DNA from: Nannocystales bacterium
Lineage (GTDB): Bacteria; Myxococcota_A; Polyangia; Nannocystales; Nannocystaceae
Length of the DNA stretch: 64,000 nt
Assembly (NCBI GenBank): GCA_050633305.1
Contig: JBOEGF010000005.1
Span: 427,372-491,371 of the forward strand
Reading direction: 5' to 3'
Shown in pieces: positions 47,412 to 56,280 of the stretch. The translations under genes and the position numbers were made by a program. The first letter of the stretch is position 1, and every line of letters begins with the position of its first letter. Below the pieces are notes generated by a model that worked only from the letters and a program-made list of their open reading frames with translations, made no database searches and was not told the DNA's origin.

Positions 47412-48047
47412 CTACTTATTCGGTTGCGGGGTCGTCCGCAGGTACGGCTTGACCTCGGTCACGCCCTTGGGGAACTGCTTCTTCGCGTCTTCGGTGGTGA
47501 TCGATGGCACCACGATGCAGTCGTCGCCGTCCTTCCAGTTCACCGGCGTCGCCACTTTGTGGTCGGCGGTGAGCTGGAGGGAGTCGATCACCCGAAGGAT
47601 CTCGTCGAAGTTACGACCGGTGCTGGCGGGATAGGTCAGCGTCAGTTTGACCTTCTTGTCGGGCCCGATGATGAACACAGACCGCACCGTGAGGGTGTTG
47701 TCCGCGTTGGGGTGAATCATGTCGTACAGGTTGGCGACGGTGCGCTCGGGGTCGGCGAGCAACGGGTAGTTGAGGGCTGCGCCTTGCGTCTCCTCGATGT
47801 CGCTCTTCCACTTGTTGTGGTCTTCGACGGTGTCGACGGAAAGCCCGACCGCCTTCACGTTGCGTTTGTCGAACTCAGGCTTGAGCTTGGCCACCATGCC
47901 CAGCTCGGTCGTGCACACGGGCGTGAAGTCTTTCGGGTGCGAGAAGAGAATCCCCCACGAGTTACCGAGCCATTCGTGGAACTTGATCGTGCCCTCCGTG
48001 CTGGGGGCTTCGAAATCGGGTGCGGTGTCTCCGAGACGGACTGCCAT
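47412..48047 (-). CDS. 1-Cys peroxiredoxin (Prx6 family)
   Basis: LFSHPKDFTPVCTTE, YPASTGRNFDEILR, ATPVNWK. Confidence 0.95.
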   Translation of the reverse strand: MAVRLGDTAPDFEAPSTEGTIKFHEWLGNSWGILFSHPKDFTPVCTTELGMVAKLKPEFDKRNVKAVGLSVDTVEDHNKWKSDIEETQGAALNYPLLADPERTVANLYDMIHPNADNTLTVRSVFIIGPDKKVKLTLTYPASTGRNFDEILRVIDSLQLTADHKVATPVNWKDGDDCIVVPSITTEDAKKQFPKGVTEVKPYLRTTPQPNK

Positions 48048-48130
48048 GGTCCGGAAACTACCGCTTTTCGCTGCGGGGCTGACCGTGGGTGGCGCCCAAA
48101 GATCAACACGGCCCCGGGCCGGACAAAGTC

Positions 48131-48595
48131 TCAGGGGCCGATCGGCAACAAGACTTGTGTTTTCCAGTCGGCCCGGTCGGGAACCTCTCCCGGATCGGTC
48201 AAGTAGACCTCCCATGGGGGTCCGCTGGCGCTCGTGCCGTGCTCGCCGACCCAAGCCTGCAGAGCCGCGTGCGCCGCACCAAGGCCATCGTAGGGGCCGG
48301 TGTGGATCGTGGAGGCCGCTGGACCGGCAGGGAGCTCGCCGAGCTGGATGTCGCCCTTGGCCGCGGCGCCCGGGGCGACTGGAAGGCCTGCTTCGAGCGC
48401 GATCTCGTCCGCGGTGAACTCCAGGTAGCGGACGAAGGGAGGACCGACGAGTGTGGCGCCGGACTCCGTGGCATAGCCGAAGACCTTGGGCAACAGCTGG
48501 CCGAGCAGCGCTGCGATCTCGGTCTTCGAGACGCGGCCGCTGCAGAACAGGATGGGTTGGGCGTCGAGGGTGGTGCGGACGATGTCGTAGCTCAT
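48131..48595 (-). CDS. GyrI-like small-molecule-binding protein
   Basis: GPPFVRY, HTGPYDGL..AH, WEVYLTDP; ATGA overlap with the upstream AraC gene. Confidence 0.88.
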   Translation of the reverse strand: MSYDIVRTTLDAQPILFCSGRVSKTEIAALLGQLLPKVFGYATESGATLVGPPFVRYLEFTADEIALEAGLPVAPGAAAKGDIQLGELPAGPAASTIHTGPYDGLGAAHAALQAWVGEHGTSASGPPWEVYLTDPGEVPDRADWKTQVLLPIGP

Positions 48596-49029
48596 GAGTG
48601 GTCTTCGGAGGTGTCGGGGGTGGACATGCGATACAGGCCGATGCACGGCCCAACGTGGCGGACGACGCTCGCGTGACGGTCGAGCGCGGCCGGAGAGAGG
48701 TGCGCATGTATGCGTCGAAAATCGCGAGGAGAGACGCCCATCAGTGAGCGAAACGCACGGGTGAACCCTTCGTGGCTTTCGAACCCGGCTCCGAGCGCGA
48801 TGTCCAAGACGGTTGTGTCACCACACTCGAGCAGCATGGCGGCCGCTTCGAGTCGAAGTCGTGTGTCGTAGCGCTTGGGGGACTCACCGACCAGCTTGGC
48901 GAACGTTCTCTGGAAGTGGGTCGGGGAGCGCTCGGCGCTTTCGGCGAGTTCGGCGAGCGACGTCGGACGGCCGCGGTCGGAGGCGATGGCGTGGATCATG
49001 GGGAGCAACCCCTCGAGCGTCACGGCCAC
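48592..49029 (-). CDS. AraC family helix-turn-helix regulator (DNA-binding domain only)
   Basis: SLAELA....SPTHFQRTF...GESP, RLE.AA, IALGAGFESHEGFTRAFR...GVSPRDFR. Confidence 0.88.
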   Translation of the reverse strand: MAVTLEGLLPMIHAIASDRGRPTSLAELAESAERSPTHFQRTFAKLVGESPKRYDTRLRLEAAAMLLECGDTTVLDIALGAGFESHEGFTRAFRSLMGVSPRDFRRIHAHLSPAALDRHASVVRHVGPCIGLYRMSTPDTSEDHS

Positions 49030-49127
49030 GGAGCGACCCTACCAGCCGTGCATCGGCGGTTCTTGACCAAACTTGCGATCTCGGCGGACAGCAGACCGCA
49101 ACAGCCTTCCGCGATACTCTCAGCCTC

Positions 49128-50582
49128 GTGCGACCCGTCGCTTTGCTGTCTGTGTTGTTTAGCCTTGGCTGTTTTACGGAACCCACGAACACGCACGGGG
49201 AGGACGAGGGGTCCACGGGTGCTGCGAGCAGCAGTTCGACCCGGGGCGGTGGGACATCCACTGGAGATGCCAACTCGAGCACCACGGCTGGGTCGAGCGA
49301 CGGGTCGGTCGGCACAACGGAGACGACGGTCGCGGACGGGAGCACTGGCGTGGCCGAGCCGATCTGCGGAGACGGGTCTGCGGATCCCGGCGAGGAGTGC
49401 GACGATGCGAACGACATCGACGGTGATGGGTGCAACCGCGACTGCCTGGAGTCGGGTGGTGTCGTCTGGCTACGGACGCTCCCGACGATTCGAGGCGCCG
49501 ATCGAGACACTCTGAACGCGGTTGTCACGTTGGACGAAGGCTCCATTGTCGCCGGTGGGAGCAAACTCGTGGGTGCCCCTGGTGCGCTCCAGAGCGAGGC
49601 GAACCTGGTTCGGCTCTCACCGGAGGATGGACGCATTGTGTTTGAGACCGACCTCGTCCTCACCGAGCGGGACGACACGGTGCGCGGCCTGAGCATCGGC
49701 AACGAGGGAAACATCTACGCGGTTGGGGAGCAGGACATGGTCGCCGGTTCTCAGTCCAGTGGCTGGGTGGTCGCCCTCGACGTCACGGGGCTCCCCTTGG
49801 AAGACATCGTGACCTCGTCGGTCGGGGCGCGCAGTGGGTTTCTTGCCGTCGCGAGCGGGCCGGGGCTGGTGAGGGTGGGCGGGTACCAGGGAGATGGTGA
49901 GGGGATCAGCACACATGTCCTGAGTTACTCCCCAATGCTCGCGCTGACCGATACGGACGAAAGTGTCGGAAGCAACCCACCCGAGACGCAATCCACCGTT
50001 CATGCCGTCGCGATGGATCAGCACGGCGCCTACGTCGCAGGGACCCGGCGAGATGGTCCGAGGCTCCGCGGATTCACCACGACATCACCCGCGATGGGAG
50101 TCGCCTCGACCCCACCTGATGCCGAGCACAACCGGTACATCTGGGGTCTCGCGATCGCCGAACGCGGGAATCCTGAGTCGGTGCTGTGGTCCGCTGGGTG
50201 GACCGAGGCCGATGGTGTGCCGTTGCTCGCCCAGCTGCATCGAGTCAGTCGAGGCGGCAACCCCGAGGAGACCCTGCCCGACTACGACGGCGCCGAGTCC
50301 GAAGGGGCGTTTTACAGCGCGATCGTGGTTGATCCTGCCGGAGACCTCATCGTCGCGGGCGGGAGTCTCATCGGGAACGGTCCCAACCAGTTCCGCCCCC
50401 TGGTCCGCAGGCTCGACCCCTCGGGCGCGGAGCGGTGGACGCGGGTGCTGGACGGGGGGGAGCTGACGCGAGGGGCAATCTCAGGCCTTGCGTTGGACGG
50501 GGATGGGATGATCGCAGCGTGCGGCCACGCGTGGGATGCCGCAGGCGACCGACGGCGGATGGTCGTGAAACTGCGCCCGTAG
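49128..50582 (+). CDS. Stalked lipoprotein with myxobacterial Cys-rich repeat and beta-propeller-like domain
   Basis: SLGC lipobox; CGDG..DPGEECDD.N..DGDGC..DC; repeated .avd..G.i.vaG blades. Confidence 0.8.
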   Translation: MRPVALLSVLFSLGCFTEPTNTHGEDEGSTGAASSSSTRGGGTSTGDANSSTTAGSSDGSVGTTETTVADGSTGVAEPICGDGSADPGEECDDANDIDGDGCNRDCLESGGVVWLRTLPTIRGADRDTLNAVVTLDEGSIVAGGSKLVGAPGALQSEANLVRLSPEDGRIVFETDLVLTERDDTVRGLSIGNEGNIYAVGEQDMVAGSQSSGWVVALDVTGLPLEDIVTSSVGARSGFLAVASGPGLVRVGGYQGDGEGISTHVLSYSPMLALTDTDESVGSNPPETQSTVHAVAMDQHGAYVAGTRRDGPRLRGFTTTSPAMGVASTPPDAEHNRYIWGLAIAERGNPESVLWSAGWTEADGVPLLAQLHRVSRGGNPEETLPDYDGAESEGAFYSAIVVDPAGDLIVAGGSLIGNGPNQFRPLVRRLDPSGAERWTRVLDGGELTRGAISGLALDGDGMIAACGHAWDAAGDRRRMVVKLRP

Positions 50583-50636
50583 GTCTCCTTCCGACTCGAG
50601 CGTCGATCCGGGTCCTGCTTCGATACACTTTCCACT

Positions 50637-51749
50637 ATGCGAGGGGGTTGGTTGTTGTGTGCGGTTGTTGTGGGCGGGTGCAGCGGAGACGGGGAGGGTG
50701 GTGGCACCGATGATGGCTCCTCGGGCTCGGGCGGCGCAGTGACCTCGCCGGGCACGACGGGGCAGTCCGCGACCAGCGGCGGACCGACGAGCACCGCCGC
50801 GATGTCGAGTAGCGGGGAGACAACCGCGACCGAACCCACCGGTCCGACCACGTCCCAGCCGACTGGCGATGGCAGCAGCGGCAGCAGTGGCGGTGAATCC
50901 GACTTCCCCGATGTCGACCTCACCGATCCCCAGTTGTACGAGTTCGAACTCGATCCCGTCGAACTCGATCCCACCGTCGAAGACGCGATCGCGTTGCAGT
51001 ACGCGCATCTCGATACCCGCGCCGAGCCTCAGGGCAAACTGGTCTTCTTCCTGTCCGGCTTCACCAACACGCCCGCGGCGTGGCGCAACTTCGGCGCTCA
51101 CCTTGCTGGGTACGGGTTCCACGTGGTCGAGCCACACTATGCCAACGACTGGAGCTGCGACGGCAGTCCCGACTGCAACAGCAACACCCGGTGGGAGGCG
51201 CTCATCGGTGAGGACCACTCGCCGGTGATCGACATCAGTCGGGCTGATAGTGCCGAGGGCCGGGTTGTGACGATCCTCGAGCACCTCGACGAGGTCCACC
51301 CTGGTGGAGACTGGGCGTTCTATCTCGACGGCGCGGGCGGTCTCCGCTACGAGCACGTCATCATCGCCGGGATCTCCCACGGCGCGTCGAGCAGCGGGCT
51401 GTATGCGACCCGTCGACCCTTCCACCGGGCCGTCATGCACTCGGGCGGCTGGGGAAATGTCGACGCGTCGACGATGACTCCGGTCGACGTGATGTTCGGG
51501 CTGTCCCATGTCGCCGATGAGCAACACGCCGGGCACCTCAACGCGTGGGAGTCCGCCGGACTCCCCGGGGCTCCGGTCGTCGCCGACACGATGAAGCCTC
51601 CGTACGGGGACTCGCATCGCCTCATCGTGCAGACCCCCAATGGCTACCCGCACTGTTCGGTCGTCGTCTCGGGGGACTCACCCGTCGTGGATGATGAGTA
51701 CGTATTCGACCCGGCTTGGCGCACGATGTACGGCGCCCCCCAGTTGTAG
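50637..51749 (+). CDS. Stalked lipoprotein, alpha/beta-hydrolase (BPSS1187-like)
   Basis: VGGC lipobox; LVFFLSG, nucleophile elbow AGISHGA, C-terminal HCSVV. Confidence 0.7.
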   Translation: MRGGWLLCAVVVGGCSGDGEGGGTDDGSSGSGGAVTSPGTTGQSATSGGPTSTAAMSSSGETTATEPTGPTTSQPTGDGSSGSSGGESDFPDVDLTDPQLYEFELDPVELDPTVEDAIALQYAHLDTRAEPQGKLVFFLSGFTNTPAAWRNFGAHLAGYGFHVVEPHYANDWSCDGSPDCNSNTRWEALIGEDHSPVIDISRADSAEGRVVTILEHLDEVHPGGDWAFYLDGAGGLRYEHVIIAGISHGASSSGLYATRRPFHRAVMHSGGWGNVDASTMTPVDVMFGLSHVADEQHAGHLNAWESAGLPGAPVVADTMKPPYGDSHRLIVQTPNGYPHCSVVVSGDSPVVDDEYVFDPAWRTMYGAPQL

Positions 51750-51889
51750 GGCGGCGCCGATGCGGTGGGTCGCGCCCCGCAAGTTCGACGGCGGAATGCG
51801 CTCGTTGCCAGGTTCGGCCGCAACGTTTGCAGGCGATGGGCCTGCGTACGTGACTACCGTCGTGGTGCTGCATTCACGGCCGCACACGC

Positions 51890-52326
51890 ATGAAGAACCT
51901 CGTGATCCTCTGGTGCCGGAACCGGCGGCACTCTCATGGCGAACAAGCTTCGGGCGCGGGTCCCAGACTCGTGGCGTATCACGGTCGTCGACCGCGACAA
52001 CGAGCATGTCTACCAGCCGGGGCTGCTGTTCCTCCCCTTCGGGCTCTATCGCCCGGCGGACCTCGTGCGACCCCGAGATGCGTTCCTTCCCAGCGGTGTG
52101 GACTTCCGCATCGCGGAGGTTGAAGCCGTCGACGCGGCGGCCAAGCGAGTCCTGTTCCGTGACGGCACTCGGCTGGCCTACGACGTGCTCGTGGTGGCGA
52201 GCGGAGCCAAGACCGCGCCTGAAGAGACCGAGGGGATGTGTGGCTGCGGATGGAACGAGCGCGTCTTTGACTTCTACACGCTTGAAGGCGCGACGGCGTT
52301 GGGTCGCGCCCCGGAGCGGTTGAAGG
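51890..52326 (+). pseudogene. sqr: Sulfide:quinone oxidoreductase-like pseudogene (frameshifted and 3'-truncated)
   Basis: MKNLVIL + extra T at 51911 + GAGTGGTLMANKL...HVYQPGLLF.PFG...YDVLVVASG...FYTLEGA; similarity ends near 52326. Confidence 0.8.
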
Positions 52327-52434
52327 GAGATGTTCGGGTTCGCCAAGGACGACCTCGTGCCCCAGATCCGCAGCGTGCTCACCGTCGGAGAGTTCTACGA
52401 TGTCTCAGCCGGCGGCCAGGTGATCTTCACGTAG
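52327..52434 (+). pseudogene. 3' remnant of a DsrE/DsrF/DrsH-like sulfur-relay gene
   Basis: EMFGFAKDDLVPQIRSVLTVGEFYDVSAGGQVIFT*, fused out of frame to the sqr fragment. Confidence 0.6.
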
Positions 52435-52526
52435 CCGGGGCGCGGGCCAGAAACGTTCAGCGCCGGTTCGCGTGGAGCGGTGCGCGTGTCTCGGGTCGCT
52501 GTGGCCCGTGAAAAAGCGGCTCGCGC

Positions 52527-53966
52527 ATGCCACAATCCTCGACCGTGAGTGGCCCGAGCAACCCCGTAGGACTCCAGGCGCTCGAGACGGCGCTCGAGCG
52601 AGACTTCGACCTGTTGCAGTATCCCAAGGGGGAGTGGCTCAAGCCACGTCGGAGTACGACCGGAGACACGGTGCTCGATGTCCTTGTCGTGGGAGCGGGA
52701 CAAGGGGGTCTGGCGATCGCCAGTGCCCTTCGGCGTGAGCGTGTCGAATCAGTCCTGCTCGTCGATCGCAATCCGCTGGACCGTGCGGGCCCTTGGCTGA
52801 GTTTCGCGAGAATGCGGACCCTGCGGACCCCCAAACACGTGACCGGGCCCGACCTTGGGCTTCCCAACCTCACGATCCAGTCTTGGTACGAGGCGCAGCA
52901 CGGGGCAGGGGCCTGGGAAGAGCTTGGGCTCATTCCCAAAGAAACCTGGGCCGAGTACCTCAGCTGGTACCGGCGGTTCCTGAAGCTTCCGGTGCTTCCC
53001 GAGACCACCGTGGAAGCCCTACGATGGAACGAGCTGGAGGCCGCGTTTGAAGTCGAGCTGCGTGGGGCCGATGGCGCCGCCCAAACCCGGCTGGCTCGGC
53101 GTGTGGTGCTGGCGACAGGCATCGAAGGGTCGGGCGATTGGAAGGTTCCCTCGTTCATCGAGGATGCTCTGCCCCGAAGCTGCTACGCCCACACCCGCTG
53201 GGATATCGACTTTGACGCACTCGTGGGCAAGCGAGTGGCTGTGCTCGGTGCGGGTGCATCCGCGTTCGACAACGCTTCGGTCGCGCTGGAACACGGCGCT
53301 GCATCCGTCGACCTGTTTTTTCGGCGACCGAAGCTGGTCGACATCAACCCGTATCGATGGGCGGAGTTCGTGGGCTTCTTGAAGCATCACGGAGACCTCC
53401 CCGACGCGGACCGCTGGAAGTTCATCCACAAGATCGTCGAGATGGGACAATTGCCGCCCGCGGATACCTTGGCGCGGGCGCGGGACAACCCCGGTTTCAC
53501 CCTTCATCCGGGGTCTCCTTGGACCGGTGTACAGCCGGCGGGCGGGGGGCTCTGTGTCACCACGCCACACGGAACCTCGGAGTTCGACTTCGCGATCATC
53601 GGCACCGGATTTGTGACCAACCTTGCGCTTCGCCCCGAGTTGGCTGGTGTCGCCGAGCACATCGCCACGTGGGCGGATCGTTTCACGCCGCCGACGGAGC
53701 AGTCACACGCGGACCTCCTGCGTCACCCCTACCTGGGGCCTGGATTTCAGTTCACCGAGCGAGAGCCGGGTGCCGCACCTTACCTTCGGCATCTGTACAA
53801 CTTCACGTTCGGCGGGCTGGTCTCCATGGGGATGGGGGGCTCCTCGATCTCGGGCATGAAGTATGCGGTCCCGCGGATCGTCGCTGGCATCACGGCATCG
53901 CTGTTCCTCGAAGACAAGGACACCCACTTCAAGACCCTACAGTCCTTCGAGACGAAGGAATTCTGA
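52527..53966 (+). CDS. hpyO: FAD/NAD(P)-dependent monooxygenase, HpyO-like urate hydroxylase
   Basis: GAGQGG, ARMRTLRTPK..TGPDLG.PNLT..SWYEAQ.G, ATG, GAGASAFD; first gene of a purine catabolic cluster. Confidence 0.75.
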   Translation: MPQSSTVSGPSNPVGLQALETALERDFDLLQYPKGEWLKPRRSTTGDTVLDVLVVGAGQGGLAIASALRRERVESVLLVDRNPLDRAGPWLSFARMRTLRTPKHVTGPDLGLPNLTIQSWYEAQHGAGAWEELGLIPKETWAEYLSWYRRFLKLPVLPETTVEALRWNELEAAFEVELRGADGAAQTRLARRVVLATGIEGSGDWKVPSFIEDALPRSCYAHTRWDIDFDALVGKRVAVLGAGASAFDNASVALEHGAASVDLFFRRPKLVDINPYRWAEFVGFLKHHGDLPDADRWKFIHKIVEMGQLPPADTLARARDNPGFTLHPGSPWTGVQPAGGGLCVTTPHGTSEFDFAIIGTGFVTNLALRPELAGVAEHIATWADRFTPPTEQSHADLLRHPYLGPGFQFTEREPGAAPYLRHLYNFTFGGLVSMGMGGSSISGMKYAVPRIVAGITASLFLEDKDTHFKTLQSFETKEF

Positions 53967-53968
53967 AG

Positions 53969-54343
53969 GTGCGAACGATTCGAGGCACACGCGTGACATC
54001 CCCGGACGGTGATTCCGACGGGTTGCACGTCGAAGACGTCGGAGATGCCGTCGTCATGCCGCGAATCGTCGACCCCCACGTCCGCGCGGCCTGGGGCCGC
54101 ATCGCGTCGCTTCGGCTGGGCCTGCCGAGCGCGTGGCCGCAAGCCCGCGCTCGCGGGCCCTCGTTCGCGGGCCTTGGTCGGCGTAAAGGCCAGCTGGCGC
54201 CATATGTCGGCGAGGGGTTGTTTGGTCGCGTGCTTCAAACGATCCTGCGCGGCGCCACCATCTCCTCGGATAGCGAGCCCGCCGGTTCGGGCCCGAAGTC
54301 GGCACCTCGCAGCCGAACGCTACTCGGATGTGACTCCGCATGA
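53969..54343 (+). pseudogene. allB: Internally deleted allantoinase remnant (in-frame, 124 aa)
   Basis: Ordered fragments IRGTRVTSPDG / DVGDAVVMPRIVDPHV / AWGRIASLRLGL / GLGRRKGQLAP / PYVG..LFGRVLQTILRG; ATGA overlap with alc. Confidence 0.75.
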
Positions 54344-55368
54344 AACACAACGCCACCGCGCACTTCGCCCATCTCATCAACCTCGCCGACGAAGCCCTGG
54401 GTGCACAGGCCCTCGCGTGCAGCGACGACTTCTTCGCGTCGATGCACCACTTGGTGAAGCCGGGTCGGGGGGAGTTCGATCCCGACGCATACGGGGAGCG
54501 CGGCAAGATCATGGACGGCTGGGAGAGTCGCCGGAAGCGCGTGGAGGGCTACGACTGGTGCGTCCTCAAGCTCGGTGCTCCAGGGGTCGTGCGTCTGCTC
54601 GACATCGACACGAATCACTTCTTGGGTAACCACCCGCCGTACGCGTCGGTCGAGGGCACCCACGCGCCGCTGGATGCCACCCCCGAGCAGCTTGCCTCGG
54701 CCACGTGGTCGTCGGTTCTCCAACAAGTTCCGCTGCGGGCAGGGTCTCAGAACATCTTCGCATCCCACAGCTCCGACACGTTCACGCACTTGCGGCTCAA
54801 CATCTTCCCGGATGGAGGGGTCGCACGCTTCCGTGCCTACGGCGATGTTTCGGCGCAGTGGGACGTGCCCAGGGATCCGGAGCTCGCCAAGCACGCCCAG
54901 GAGAACGAGCTCGACCTCGCCGCCGTGCGCAACGGAGGACTCGCGCTGGCCTGCTCGGACAGCTTCTTCGGCCCGATGAACAACCTGCTGCTGCCAGGTC
55001 GGTCGGTCAACATGGGGGGCGGTTGGGAAACTCGGCGTCGCCGGAGCCCCGGGAGCGACTGGATCATCGTACGACTTGGGGCTCCGGGGCTCCCCGCGGC
55101 GCTGGAGCTGGACACCAATCACTTCAAGGGCAACTTCCCCGCCCGTGCGTCTGTCGAGGTCGCGCACGCACCGGATGCTTCGCTCACCGAACTCGTCGCC
55201 CCGGAGTTCGACTGGACACCGCTGCTGGGAGAAACCGCTCTCACGGCGCACACCCGCCACTTCTTCCGCGACGAACTCGCTTCGGTAAGTCTTGCGACCC
55301 ATGTGCGGCTGAGCATCTATCCCGATGGGGGGATCAGCCGAATGCGGGTGCTTGGAGCACGCGGATGA
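54340..55368 (+). CDS. alc: Allantoicase
   Basis: Two repeats: SDDFFA..DGWESRRKR..DTNHF.GN..PDGGVAR and SDSFFG..GWETRRRR..DTNHFKGN..PDGGISR. Confidence 0.95.
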   Translation: MKHNATAHFAHLINLADEALGAQALACSDDFFASMHHLVKPGRGEFDPDAYGERGKIMDGWESRRKRVEGYDWCVLKLGAPGVVRLLDIDTNHFLGNHPPYASVEGTHAPLDATPEQLASATWSSVLQQVPLRAGSQNIFASHSSDTFTHLRLNIFPDGGVARFRAYGDVSAQWDVPRDPELAKHAQENELDLAAVRNGGLALACSDSFFGPMNNLLLPGRSVNMGGGWETRRRRSPGSDWIIVRLGAPGLPAALELDTNHFKGNFPARASVEVAHAPDASLTELVAPEFDWTPLLGETALTAHTRHFFRDELASVSLATHVRLSIYPDGGISRMRVLGARG

Positions 55369-55886
55369 CCGCGGCTGAATTCCTCAACACGCTCGCCGAA
55401 GACGCTGCGCACGCCGCCCTCATGCGTTGTTGTGGGGCGACGAATTGGGTCGCAGGCATGCTCGCGGCGCGGCCGTTTGTCGATGATGCCAATCTGTTCC
55501 AAACCGCAGATCGCGTCTGGCGAGGGGCAAGTCCGGCGGACGTCCGGGAGGCGTTGACCCACCATCCCGAGATCGGTGCCGGCATCGAGGCGTTGCGGGC
55601 CAAGTTTCACAGCACCGCGAGTTGGTCCGAGGGCGAACAAGCGGGCGTCGGGGCTGCGGACGAAGCCACGCTTCTGGCCCTTCGCGACGGCAACGTCGAG
55701 TACCACGCGAGATTTGGCCACATCTTCGTGGTGTGTGCGACGGGAAAAACCGCCGCGCAGATGCTGGACTTGTTGCGTGCTCGGCTGCCGAACGAACCCG
55801 AGCAGGAACTTCTCAACGCGGCAGCCGAGCAGGGCAAGATCACCAGGCTGCGTCTCGCCAAGCTGGCGAGCGACGTCGCCTCTTGA
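55365..55886 (+). CDS. uraD: OHCU decarboxylase
   Basis: CCG...WV.GMLAARPF, HHPEIG, EQAGV, Y.ARFGHIFVVCATGK, EQGKITRLRL. Confidence 0.92.
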   Translation: MTAAEFLNTLAEDAAHAALMRCCGATNWVAGMLAARPFVDDANLFQTADRVWRGASPADVREALTHHPEIGAGIEALRAKFHSTASWSEGEQAGVGAADEATLLALRDGNVEYHARFGHIFVVCATGKTAAQMLDLLRARLPNEPEQELLNAAAEQGKITRLRLAKLASDVAS

Positions 55887-55938
55887 GTTCGAGAGACGAC
55901 CATCAGTTCTCACCGTCACCTGTGCCGAAAGCCATCTC

Positions 55939-56280
55939 ATGAGCCCTGTTACGACCCATGTTCTCGACACTGCAAAAGGTTGCCCCGCGGGAGGACTCCC
56001 GATCCGTTTGGAGCGGCGCAACGACGACGACACGTTCACAGTCCTTGCTGAGAAGACCACGGACGCCGACGGCCGCATCAAAGACCTGATGGAACCGGGA
56101 AGCCTCGAGGCCAAGACGTATCGGCTCACCTTCGACACCGGCGCGTACTACCGGTCGGCGGGAGAGAAGACCTTCTACCCGTCGGTCACCGTGATGTTCG
56201 AGATCACGGCGCCGACTGAGCACCACCACGTACCGCTCTTGCTGAGCCCGTTCGGGTACTCGACCTACCGCGGGTCCTGA
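55939..56280 (+). CDS. uraH: 5-hydroxyisourate hydrolase
   Basis: TTHVLDT..G.PA, DADGR, HHHVPLLLSPFGYSTYRGS. Confidence 0.96.
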   Translation: MSPVTTHVLDTAKGCPAGGLPIRLERRNDDDTFTVLAEKTTDADGRIKDLMEPGSLEAKTYRLTFDTGAYYRSAGEKTFYPSVTVMFEITAPTEHHHVPLLLSPFGYSTYRGS

